64,000 bases of DNA from Octopus sinensis (taxonomy: Eukaryota), in assembly GCF_006345805.1 (NCBI RefSeq), contig NC_043019.1, forward strand, positions 5,579,360 to 5,643,359, read 5' to 3'. Under the pieces are notes generated by a model. That model worked only from the letters and a program-made list of their open reading frames with translations. It did not search any database and was not told the DNA's origin. Made by a program: the position numbers and the translations under genes. Positions 41,102-55,259 of this stretch are shown here, piece by piece (the stretch's first letter is position 1; each line of letters starts with the position of its first letter).

Positions 41102-42739
41102 ATGCTAATGCTTGTATAAATGTTTCCCAAGATGACACATGTCACATCAAGAGATGAGATTTTCAGCTAAAATTTCACAGATTCAGGCAATTACTCAGTT
41201 TGAGCTATAAATACAAAATAACCACTTCTATTGGGGTTTGAACCTAAGATCTTAGACCTTTCTGTGACTTGTGACCCATGACATGACATACAGACACTTA
41301 GGGTAAGAAATGAGATTTCCCACGGGTTGGTGAAGGAGGGTTCACTGAATATTTTATTAACTACCCCAATCTTTATTCACACCATAACTTTCTGAGAAGG
41401 GGAAAAGGGGAAAAGGGGAAAAGGGGGTTGTAACTTTGTCAATGAAACATCATTGTCCTTCACCATTCCTCCTCCCTCACCCTCTATCTCATTCTGTAAA
41501 TTATTCTTAGACAATTCAAGAAAGATGACATCATCAGCGTGCGTGTGATTATAGAAATTATACGAGCACTATACCGCGCGTGAAACACTGAAAGAAAAGA
41601 AGTAGGAGGAAGTGGGACGAAGGAGGGGGAAGAGCTTGTGGTTAAAGGGAGTGGGGGTAAGAGGAGAGATTCCATCATTCTTAGTGTATGTGTGCGCATG
41701 TGTGTGTGTGTGTGTGTATACTTACATAAAGGGTTCTCCTTGGCACCATAGCTAAGTAACAGCTTTGCCATGGGAATATTGTTGGTCATCACAGCTATAT
41801 CCAGGGCAGTCAGGTGTTCATTATTTAATCTAAATATAGAAACAAGAGAAACACTTACATATATATATGGCTTAAATACAGTTACACACACACATCATAC
41901 ACACATCACACACACACACATACACACATGCATGCATACATCCGTATTAATGTTTGTTTTGATGTTGAATTGTAATGAAGACGGTTTTATATTAATCTCT
42001 TGGATTACTCTATATTTTTGTAGAGTACAAATTTATTATTCTAAGACAAGAATATTGTTGACAGTGACTTTGAAGTTTCAGCTAGCTAAGCCATTGTCAG
42101 ACAATGGCTTAGCAGACTGACACTTCAAAGTCACTCTCAACAATATTCTTGTAAGAATAATATATATATATATATTATATATATATATAGATATAATATT
42201 TATATTGTTGTGCAAGATTTTTTATGTGAAGTCGTGTGTTGAAACAGATATTGTTATATTTAGGAATGGTCATTTTGCCAGTTTAGCCAATAAAAACACA
42301 CGCTCTATATATTTGGTGTTACTTTGCTTCAGGGTTATTTATTTTTTACATTAATCTTAATCTTATTTCGGCCAGAGTTCTTTCGTCACACTCCTGTGAC
42401 CGCATCAGTGGTCCTTTGTTTTCTTCTCACTTATTTGTGTCTCTCCTTACTAACCATCAGCCATTTTGTATTTCTATTGTATGTCTTCATTCACGCATGC
42501 GTATATCTCTATGTGCGTCTATACAAAATGGCTGACGGTTAGTAAGGAGAGACACAAATAAGAAAGAAGAAAACAAAGGACCACTGATGCGGTCACAGGA
42601 GTGTGACGAAAGAACTCTGGCCGAAATAAAATTTAGTTTAATGTAAAAAATAATAACACTGAAGCAAAGTAACACCAAATATATAGTGCGTGTGTTTTTA
42701 TTGGCTAAACTGGCAAAATGACCATTCTGAAATATAACA

Positions 42740-42784
<45 letters not shown>

Positions 42785-44128
42785 GGGTGTGATGGGGAAA
42801 TTGTCACCATTTTACATTTTGAATTTCGTGCATGCACATTGTTTGCTTTTGATTTTGTCAATTACATAGTATAGTAGGGTCAGTTGGGCACTGTCTGTGA
42901 GAAAAACAGCACCATGACGCAATTCACTCTGCCAGAGATTTGGAAACAACATACTACACAGCTTGGCATTTGCAACAGAAGCTCCATTGTAAACATTTCA
43001 GAGTGTTTGGGGATCAAACTGAGGACAGTGCAATCTGTGGACCTGTACTGAAAGTGATAAAAATCAAACATCCAGTCAACATCATGGTGTTTGGAGCGAT
43101 CACTAGTGATGGTGACATTATGTTTCCATTCATCTTTCCACATGGCCTCAGACTCAACACGGAGGCTTACATCAAGTGCCTGAAGGAGGTAGTGCTGCCC
43201 TGGGTCAAGAGGGTGGCTGCTGGAAGACCCTATATCTGGCAACAAGACTCTGCACCAAACTACACAAGCGGGGGAACCTAGTCATGGCTGTCAGACCATT
43301 TCTGCGACCACATCCCCCCTAACATCTAGCCACGTAACTCTCCAGACTGCAGCCCCCTTGATTATTATGTGTGGGGTGCAGTTGAGTAAAAGACCAACAA
43401 AACTCCTTGTAACACCAAAGATGAACTGAAGGCAAGGATTATGGCAGCATTCACCAACTTAAACAAGGAGACCGTCCAGAACCGACATCATCTGGAGGCT
43501 GTGGTTGAAGCCAATGGTGCTTTTATTGAATAAATTCACTCTTTAGTATTTCAAGATATTTTTATGTAATTTTGGTAAAAAATATGTTAAAATGAGATGC
43601 CAGTGTTATTTTCATTTTTGTGTAACTTAGATGACAATTTATTCACCACACCCTGTATAAACATGCACACACATACACACACACACGAGCATATATTTAT
43701 ATATCACCCTCATCATTAATATCCACTTATCCAAGCTAATCAAACAAATTATGCTGAGGTAGATTTCCCTGCACCAGGATGCTCTTCCTGTCATGAAACC
43801 TCACATTTTTTTTTGCCCAAATATGGTAAAGATTAAAAGCAACAAAAATATCTTAGGCTGAACACATCTCTGGTGGGATTGGTGTGCATACAAACATATA
43901 CATACATCAACAACACTATTGTCATCACTACAGCCCCAATTAAAACTCTGACCAACTGCCTGCGCCCCTTATCGACTGGTAGGGTTATCTTTATATCTAA
44001 CTTTTTATCAGGTTCCTGCACATAATTAGCAGAGATCACAGTTCATTCTGGCAAATTGTTTGATTAAATAGAAAATATATATGATAGGACGCCTTCATTT
44101 GGATAAAACATGTCTGTTTGTCTGTCCG

Positions 44129-44184
<56 letters not shown>

Positions 44185-44722
44185 TATATATGGAGGCAGC
44201 AGACTTGTGGTCGGAGGATTGCGGTTTTGATTCCCAGACTGGGCGTTGTGTGTGTTTATTGAGCGAAAACACCTAAAAGCTCCACGAGGCTCCAGCAGGG
44301 GTTGGTGGCGACCCCTGTTGTACTCTTTCACCACAACTTTCTCTCACTCTCTCTTCCTGTTTCTTGACTGGTGTCCCGTCCAGCTGGGGGGAAACACATA
44401 TGCCACAGAAACCGGTAAACCGGGCCCATGAGCCTGGCTACACTTGAAAAGGGCGATGTTTATCACATATATATATATATATATATATGTTTTAGCAATT
44501 GCTTAAGTTATAACCAAATACATAATTATTACTAGCCTGAAGAAGAAGGAGGAGGAAGAGGAGCAGCAACAGCAATAGAAGCAGGTCTTAATTTCTAGAT
44601 AAACAGAATGTGGTGATAAAGTGATAACGTGATGTTTAACACATCTCTGTATTTGTAATTAAACATGTTCTTTATTTATGGGTTAAGGTGACCATTATTA
44701 GTTTTATGTGTGTGTGTTTGTG

Positions 44723-44795
<73 letters not shown>

Positions 44796-44811
44796 CATGT
44801 ATCTATACATC

Positions 44812-44876
<65 letters not shown>

Positions 44877-44887
44877 CTATATACATC

Positions 44888-44941
<54 letters not shown>

Positions 44942-46608
44942 TATTACATGTATCTATATACATCTATACATATATATATATAATATATATAAATATAGGG
45001 AGAGTTTATGAAAAATACAAAAGACAAAGACAGGTGGTGTACAATACAAACAGATGTATTAGCATAACGCTCAGGAATAGAAAAAGTCTTTTACGTTTCG
45101 AGCCTATGCTCTTCTACAGAAAGGGACACAGAAAAAATCAAGGAGAGACACATGCACAAATGTAGTCCTTAAATTACAAATAAACTTTACCCTATACCTT
45201 GTGCATTTCATTATTCTTTCTTTATAAACTAAGATCTTTTATATTTATGTCCGTGTGAGTGTGATGTGGATAAAATGTAGAAGTAATTAAGACTCCACCA
45301 TTATAAATAATAAAACATAATATAACATACCACGTTTTAATTAGAGAAATAATTAATAAAAGAAAATTTAATATCTGTAATGACTGACCGGTTTAAGTCA
45401 AAACTGTTAGTCTTCAAGATATGTTTCACTTGATCAAATTCTTGATGCTCCACTGCTTCAAAGAGAGCTGCAAAGAGAGACAAAAACATAAACAAAAGAT
45501 AAAATAAATTTTGTTTTAAAGTTGAATATTTGAAAATGAGATTAAAAAAATTACAATTGTATTTTGGCATCGTTGTTATAAAATCACATGCACACACTGT
45601 TATACTCACACCATTGTTCATAAGAAGTAGACCCAGAAAGACGTGGGACGAAGCGGTGAGAAAGGTCTTCAAATATCGAGCCTTACTGTGGAGATGACAA
45701 GGGATCAAGACTTCTTATTTCTTTATTGCCAACAAGGGGCTAAACACAGAAGAGACAAACAAGGACAGACAAACGGATTAAGTTGATTATATCGACCCCA
45801 GTGCGTAACTGGTACTTATTTAATCAACCCCCAAAAAATAAAAGGCAAAGTCGATCTTGACGGAATTCTTTACTACCCACAAGGGGCTAAACACAGAGAG
45901 GACAAACAAGGACAGACAAACGGATTAAGTCAATTAGATCAACCCCAGTGCGTAACTGGTACTTAATTTATCAACCCTGAAAGGATGAAAGGCAAAGTCG
46001 ACCTCGGCGGAATTTGAACTCAGAATGTAGTGACAGACGAAATACTGCTAAGCATTTCACCCGGTGTGCTAACGGTTCTGCCAAGACTTCTGGTGCTTTG
46101 CTGCGCTTGAGAAGACGCATCAAGTGATGTAAAACTGTGGCCATCCATACATACAGGCATGTCCTCTACATCCCTCTTTCAGCTGAGAGATCCTAGTCTT
46201 CTGGGCTCATGACTGCTGGTGCCATGTAAAAGCACCCATACACGTGGCCATGTTAAAAGGTTCCAGTATGGTCTGTAGAATGGTTGGCATTAGGAAGGGC
46301 ATCCAACTATAAAAACCAAACAGACTAAAACAGACAAATGAAGCCTGGGCAGTTCTCCAGTGGGGTGGGTCCTGTTAAACTGTCCAACCCATGCCCGCAT
46401 GAAACATGGACGTTAAATGATGACGATGATGATGATGATAAATTATCATCTACTATAATAATACTCTTGTGTTTTTCTCTGTCACAACATATGAATGAGA
46501 AAGGAAGGGGGGATGGATGAATAAGGAAGGAAGGGGTGGAAAAAAGTCAAACAGCGTTTCAACTCTGTGTGAGTATATATGTGTGTATGTAAAAGGGAGG
46601 TATATGAA

Positions 46609-46640
<32 letters not shown>

Positions 46641-48339
46641 ATTGTGTGCACGCACGTGTGCATGCACAATGGAAGTAAGATATGAACATTCAATGCTGAA
46701 AATGGATAGTAACGATGATGACATTGTTAGTGTTAGGGGGTAATGGCTGTGAGTTGGGGGAGAGATGGTGATGATGAGAGTGGGGGGCACACCACCTCTC
46801 CCCAACCCGTCACCCTCTTTCGTTATAGCCAACCAGTGGATAACCCTCCCACATTCACAGAATGAGGGAACTACGAGTTTGGAATTTAGGATAAGATTTA
46901 CAACAAATCAACCATCCTGTCTACCTTTCTGTCTCTGTCTGTCTGTCTGTCTGTCTCTCTCACTCACTCCCTTATGTTCCCTTCCTCATCTCCCCCTCCC
47001 CCCTCCTCCTCCTCTTCCTCCTTCTCCTTCTTCTTCTTCTTCTTCTTCTCCTCCTCCTCCTCCTCCTCCTCCTCCTTCTTCTTCTTCTTCTTCTTCTTCT
47101 CCTTCTCCTTCTTCTTCTTCTTCTTCTTCTTCCTTCTTCTCCTTCTTCCTCTTCTTCTTCTTCAGTTTGTCAAAATGTTATTTGCTTAGTTTGGAATGCT
47201 GTTAACCTGGATTCTCCGGAGTGAAGTCGGTGGTGTGACATGAGGGAGGGAGGTGGGGGGGGGCAGTGATGGTGATGTTCCTGGTGTTGTTAGTGTTGTA
47301 GTCAGTGGTGGCCTGGTGTGGAGGTTCTAAGATGACTGTGTTGAAGTGTGATGATGCAGCATTTTAACCAGGACTTTCAACCACCACCACCACCACCACC
47401 ACCACCTTCATCACTTAATTGTGGTGAGGAAACATATGACCAAAGACGATCCAGCCATGATCAGCCTGTCTTAAGACACAGTGTTTGTAAACTACATCCT
47501 CTAATGTGTTGTTTTCCTGAGACAGAATTATACGATTTAAGGGAGATTTAAGGGAGATTTAGTTATCAAGCACCTAACCCCATAAGAGTTGATAGAGGGG
47601 ACTGTGGAAGAGGTGCAAGGATAAGGCGATAACTTTAGTTTAACAATTCCTCCCAGAGACATTAACAACAGAAATATTGCAAAGTAGTTCAGAATATATA
47701 GGGGAAGTATATGGCTCAGTGGTTAGGGTGTTGGACTCATGATTGTAAGATTGTGGTTTCAATTCCTGGACCGAGCAATGCGTTGTGTTCTTTAGCAAAG
47801 CATTTCATTTCATGGTGCTGCAGTCCACTCAGCGGACAAAATTGGGTAATTTTGCGATGGACCAGCAACCTGTCCAGTGAATAAATACATACATGCCATG
47901 GAAACTGGTAAACCAGCCCTTATGAGTAGTCCATAGGGCTCCAGAAGAACTCTTTATCCTTTCATTTATTATATAAATATTTAGTCATTAAAATATTACT
48001 ATTGAGGAAATTAAACCGTATGTTAAATAAAGGTGTCTAAGAAATATCTCCAGCCTTGTTTAGAAATGGTTCATTGATAGAGTCACTAGTATATGGCGGC
48101 AAAATGTTTGATATTTATTCTGGTCCTCCACATCTTAGGTTCAATTCCTGTCAAGGTCTGCATTGCATTTCATACATAATATCATCATCATCATCATCGT
48201 CATCGTCATCGTCATCATCATCATCATCGTCATCATCACCACCACCACCACCACCACCACCATCATCATCATCATTTAACATCTGTCCAACACATGCAGG
48301 CATGAGTTGGACAGTTTGACAGGATCTAATGAGTAAAAG

Positions 48340-48410
<71 letters not shown>

Positions 48411-49981
48411 TGAGTGTGTTTTGTGTGTGTGTGTGTGTTTGTATTGACATGTTTTTTCTCTCTCCCCATTTTTTTCAACCCTTTCTGTTGAAGAGACTCC
48501 CCCATTTTTCCCAAGCATTAAGCTAATACACCTGCTTGTTGCTCTCTCACCTGTCTCTGTCTTTTGTTTTCTATGCATTTGAAACACACACACACACACA
48601 CACAAGTTAAAGAAATGTATAGCAAATGCACAAATGAATGGAAAACAGGCGCACAAGGTACCCCGACTCCCTATCAGTTATTGGCCAGAGGGTTGGATGC
48701 AATTTCGTACCTTAACAATAATATTGCTTTAAGAGGTTGTTTGCTATGGCCAATCAGAGAGTGACCATTGGTTTTGCACCTGTGAAGTGCTTAGATGTAT
48801 GGGCAACTTGTTAGACTCAAATGGCTGGAGGCACGTAACCTCTCTACAATACACACACACACGTGCACAGACACACACACACATATAGTATATATATATG
48901 TATATATATTTCTTTACTGCCCACAAGGGGCTAAACACAGAGGGGACAAACAAGGACACACAAAGGGATTAAGTCGATTACATCGACCCCAGTGCGAAAC
49001 TGGTACTTTATTTATCAACCCTGAAAGGATGAAAGGTAAAGTCGACCTCGGCGGAATTTGAACTCAGAACGTAACGACAGATGAAATACCGCTAAGCATT
49101 TCACTCGGCGCGCTAACATTTCTGCCAGCTCGCCACCTTAATATATAGTATATATATAGTATATATATATAGGTGCAGGAGTGGCTGTGTGGTAAGTAGC
49201 TTGCTTACCAACCACATGGTTCCGGGTTCATTCCCACTGTGTGGCACCTTGAGCAAGTGTCTTCTACTATAGCCTCGGGCCGACCAAAGCCTTGTGAGTG
49301 GATTTGATAGACGGAAACTGAAAGAAGCCTGTCGTATATATGTATATATATATATATGTGTGTGTGTGTGTTTGTGTGGCTGTGTTTGTCCCCCTAGCAT
49401 TGCTTGACAACTGATGCTGGTGTGTTTACGCGCCCCGTAACTTAGCGGTTCAGCAAAAGAGACTGATAGAATAAGTACTAGGCCTACAAAGAATAAGTCC
49501 TGGGGTCGATTTACTCGACCAGAAGGCGGTGCTCCAGCATGGCCAGAGTCAAATGACTGAAACAAGTAAAAGAGAGCATGTACTCACTCTTATAGATAGA
49601 CATAGATTGTTCTCAGAAGTCGTGATAGATTCCAACAAGAGACAGCACTGGACACCAATATCCAAGGAAAGTCAACAAAAGAGTATATATAATGGAAACA
49701 CTTCAACTGTATGGAGTGCTGATGTGTCAGCAGTGGTGATCATGGTCGGAAACTGACGATAGTGGTCAGGATGATGTCAGTGATGATACAAATGCATATA
49801 AAGAGTTTCTATACAAAGAATTTCCATATCCTAAACAATACAAACACACACACACACACACACACATACATACATACATACACACTGTTGTATGTATCAT
49901 TCAACAATGAGTCAATTTATCAATGGGAGTGACCATCCTGTCTATATTTGGTTAGATACTCTACATTTGCTGCTGCTGCTG

Positions 49982-50045
<64 letters not shown>

Positions 50046-50225
50046 AACTACCTCTACTGCGCCACCACCACCACCATCACCACCACCACCACCACCACCA
50101 CCACCACCATCACCACCATCACCACCATAACCACCACCACCACCACCACCACCACCGTCACCACCACCACCACTACCACTACTACCATAGTAAAAATGTG
50201 GGTTTAATGATTTCATCATTTATTT

Positions 50226-50259
<34 letters not shown>

Positions 50260-50657
50260 CATCATCATCATCATCAATTTTTACAGCTGCTTTTCTCTAT
50301 TGCTTAAATAAATATAAGGGTTCATTCACTGGGACTCAAAGTCTCACTTCTCTCTCTTGAGGTTTATTCAATCTGGAAATGACAACCCCTCTTCCTCTCT
50401 CTCTCTCTTCTTTTTCATCTCTTATTCTGTTCCCAAACCCCACACCCAACCTCATAACAATAACAGTATACCCAGTTCACTCTGTAATGTTGGTGAGGTT
50501 AGGAAGGACACCAAACCAGAAGGATATGGCAAAATGTGGCCCTTGTGCCGTTTGTGCTGACTCTGGACAGTACTAACTCTGAATAAGAACAAACTTGGAC
50601 CATGGTGAACCATCCAACCAATGCCAAGATGGCAAAGTTGAATTAAAAGGCAGATAG

Positions 50658-50721
<64 letters not shown>

Positions 50722-51153
50722 AAATCGAAATCGATCAACACCAATGGAAATTGTAGCTGTGATAGCAGTGCCGATGGCACGTAAGAGAACCATCCGAATG
50801 TGGCCATTGCCAGTGCCGCCCCGACTGGCCTCCGTGCTGGTGGCACGTAAAATGCACCATCCGATTGTGGCCATTGCCAGTCTCATCAGGACCCTGTGCC
50901 AGTGGCACATGAAAAGCACCATCTGATCGTGGCCATTTGCCAGCCTTGTTTGGCACCTGTGTCGGTGGCACGTAAAAAGCATCCACTACACTCATGGAGT
51001 GGTTGGCGTTAGGAAGGGCATCCAGCCGTAGAAACACTACCAGATCAGACTGGGCCTGGTGCAGCCTCCTGGCTTCACAGACCCCAGTCGAACCGTCCAA
51101 CCCATGCTAGCATGGAAAACGGACGTTAAACGATGATGATGATGATGATGATA

Positions 51154-51184
<31 letters not shown>

Positions 51185-51483
51185 GATGGACTCTCCTGTC
51201 GTTAAACGATATATGAAGGTTCAACAATTTCTTACCGAACAACCACACAGATGATTTGTTTATAGTGATCAAATATTTGTGTACTCATAATCACTTCCTC
51301 CATCAAATTGACATTACCTGTACAGGTGCAAAAGGTCCCACATGTCAGATGATGAAATGATCGCAGAGCAACATGAAAATGGAGTGTTTTGCTCAAGAAC
51401 ACAATGCAATGCCCAGTCTAGGAATTGAACCCACGACCTTGCAATTGTGAGAGCAACACTCTAACCACTTGGCCACTTGTCTT

Positions 51484-51525
<42 letters not shown>

Positions 51526-52921
51526 TACATACATACATAAATATATATTTGTATGATGATATATACATATACATATATGTGTGTATATTTAGAAAATATA
51601 CAGGTTGGAAAATTATAGAAATCTTTCTACTAGTGCCTAGCATGTATAAAATAGTCAATAGACAACATATTTTTAATATAAAATTAATGTACATTTAAAC
51701 ACAAAAGAGGTGACCCTAACAGGACACCTTACATATTACGGTCACGTCTGTTGTGTTTAAATGTACACTAATTATATATATATATATATATCAGCACGGA
51801 ATTTTGTCAGTGGACAGGTTGTGGTCTCAAAGGGTTGAAAATATTTTGGCAAATTGAATTTAAATGTTGAAGTGAATCTAATGGTTTTTGTGTGTTTCTT
51901 AAATCTTTATATATAAAAGAGAAGTTGTGTGTCTGTCTCCTATGATTTAGATTCCTAACTACTCCCACATTTTGCGGTGCAGTTTAATCAAAACCGGGTA
52001 TCTTATAGTCGTGATTCATATCGAGCCCTTCTGGGTATTAGCGCACATCTACAATGAGTCTACAATTTAAAAAAAAATTTACCATCATTTTTTTCCATTT
52101 TAATGCATTTTTTCGCTATTATATAAGGGAAGTAACTCTCTAAAAATGTCTACGATGAGTCAACGATTTAAAAGAAAATTTACCATAATTTGTTTTCCAT
52201 TTTTAATGCATTTTTTGCTATTTTTTGGCTATAACTCTCTAAAAATGCTTTATAGTTATTTCCCTTACAAACCCGAGCAAGTACATCTCTGTAATATATA
52301 TATATATATATATGTAAATGAGATGACAAAGGAATAAACATGTTTATTCCTTTGTGATCTCATTTTCTTATTGGAGCTCTAAGAATACCATATGAGTGAG
52401 ATCGTTGCCAGAGCAACAAGCTGACCTCCGTGCTGATGGCACATTAAAAACACCATTCCAGCGTGATTGTTATCTGTGTTGCCTTACTAGCACTTGTGCT
52501 GGTGGCACGGAAAAAACATTTGAGCGAGGTCATTGCCAGTGCCGCTAGACTGGCTCCTGTGCAAGGATCACACAAAAAGCACTATTTGTGCATGGCCGTT
52601 GCCAATACCACCTGACTGACCCTCGTGCCAGTGGTAAAAGCACCCACGACACTCTTGGAGTGGTTGGCATTAGGAAGGACATCCAGCTGTAGAAACTCTG
52701 CCAGATCAGATTGAAGTCTGGTGCAGCCTTTTGGTTCACCAGTTCTCAGTCAAATTGTCCAACCCATGCCAGCATGGAAAGCGGACGTTAAGCGATGATG
52801 ATGATGTTCTGTACTGGACTAACACTTGTTCTGAAGTATAAGTATATTGAGCTCTACATCAGGTTATCAGTCTCAAAATACCTAAGCAAAGAATATGTAG
52901 AATGTGTGTGTGTGTGTGTGT

Positions 52922-52952
<31 letters not shown>

Positions 52953-52998
52953 AGTGTCTGTGTGTGTGTGTCTGTGTGTGTGTGTGCATTTGTGGTTG

Positions 52999-53033
<35 letters not shown>

Positions 53034-53062
53034 GTTTGTGTACGTGTGTGTGTGTGTGTGTA

Positions 53063-53104
<42 letters not shown>

Positions 53105-53503
53105 TGTAACATACTATAAGTGCAGAAGTAGTAAAGAAAAAAACAAACACTGAAGTCTCCATGTGCCAAACTGTTCTGACTTTAAAATTATATCAAATAT
53201 CAATTTGTGATAAAGTGGAAACAGCAGGGGATCCCATCTGGAGAGAATTGGGGAAGTGTGTTGTCATATTAGTCATCTTGATGATATAATGACGATATGA
53301 TGATGATGATGATGATGAGGAGGAGGAGGAGGAGAAGGAGGAAGAGGATGACGATACTCATGATGATGATGGTGTGCTAATAAGCTAATGACGTTGACGC
53401 TGGTGTTACTAAGTATGTATGGAGGTGCTTCCGTACACATACATAAACACTCCCACCCACACAAGTACATATATGTGCATGTGTGTGTGTGTATTTATGT
53501 ATG

Positions 53504-53555
<52 letters not shown>

Positions 53556-53557
53556 TC

Positions 53558-53619
<62 letters not shown>

Positions 53620-53939
53620 TATATTTATAAATAGACAAATAGACAAATACACACATGCACACAATCATATAATATATAAAGAGAGAGAGTATATATATAT
53701 ATATATAGAAATATAGGCAATTGATTTGTATGATGATATGCTTGTGTGTACTTTTGTGTACGTATAATTGTATGGGTTAACTGGAACAAACATGAGAAAT
53801 AGAACTCAATACATATATATAAGTATATAAGTTTTCAATCTCCAGAAAAGTTACAAGATTGACTTAAGGACTGACAGTTTCATCCATGGTGCTTATATAT
53901 GAAGATATATATATATACACACACATATATATATGTATG

Positions 53940-53988
<49 letters not shown>

Positions 53989-55218
53989 TATATGATATGT
54001 GACAATTATTCAGTAGCCATGATAAAACTCTGAGTTTCGGATGTCGGGGGCAGGAACCCACACTGCCATCTCTTCAGTTATCCAGCCGTCGTGGGTATGT
54101 GGATGTGCAGGAGTAGGTATGGACATGCGCGCTTACGCGAATACTATGAATTACTCCCTTACCTTTACTCCCTCCCCTCATAGTGGTCATTCTAATAGCG
54201 CTTTTGTCTTAATAATGGTCAATCAGAGGGCATTTTTTCGATGGCCGGATAACTGAAGAGATGGCAACGTGGGTTTCCGCCTCAACATCCGAAACTCAGA
54301 GTTTTATCATGGCTACCGAATAATTGCCACATATTACATTTACAGATAAATTCCTCTTTTACATAATATCGAGGTCTCTTTCTTTCTTTTGCTGTCTTAC
54401 CATTTCTATCAATATATATATATATATATATATACTTTTAGATTTAGTAAATGGAAATTGAAAGGAGCGCATTATATTCATATACACACACATATGTATA
54501 TACACATATATGTATATACATATACATCTGCTTCAGAGTGAAGCATTTATGTATGTACAGAGAGTAGTATTGAATTAAAGAAATGGAAAAGAACAGGAAC
54601 TCTGCAATCAGCCTCATTAACTTACAGCTTTTTCTGCTATCAGATGCAGTGAGCTCAAAATATGTATGCCATTATTCAATTTTGTTTAAAGATTTCTTGC
54701 TAATAGAGTAAGAGCTGGTTTCTTCATTGGAATTTCAACAACATCAATTGAGTATTTTTGCATGTCTGTGTGTATATGTGCAATATGTATGTGTGTGTGT
54801 ATGTGTGTGTGTGTGTGTGTATGCATGCACTTATACACACACCTAATATATTAAATGCGCTAAGTGAAATAACCCTGAGTGGTCAGTGGCATGCATTTGA
54901 GCGACATAGACAAATACAGGTATATAAAATACCATACAGCATAAATTCTTAATTTATTAAAATCCTCTCCTCTTTTAGAGAATGCATCATCAATCACCAA
55001 ATGGTAATTAAAACCAGCCTCATAGCTTATACAAACAAACACACACACACACATATAAATAGATAGATATGATATTCATGTTTGCTTTTATGTTAAGTTC
55101 TATATAAAAATGATTTTACATTAAATTGAAGAATCCCTTTTTGTAGAGTACAGTCTGATGAGAGCTTAGCAGGCCAAAACTGCAAAATCACTGTCAACAC
55201 TATTCTCCTAAAAGAATA

Positions 55219-55259
<41 letters not shown>

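Noticed and set aside
47205-47350. Extra ANKFN1 exon in the 12-kb intron
   Set aside because: A short minus-strand frame exists, but splice sites are weak, there is no homology, and exon 1 already joins exon 2 in frame.
29187-54334. Palindromes as amplification or assembly fold-back artefacts
   Set aside because: The arms of the long palindromes differ by substitutions and indels, and one arm carries an extension. Only the perfect 23181-23272 case stays ambiguous without long reads.
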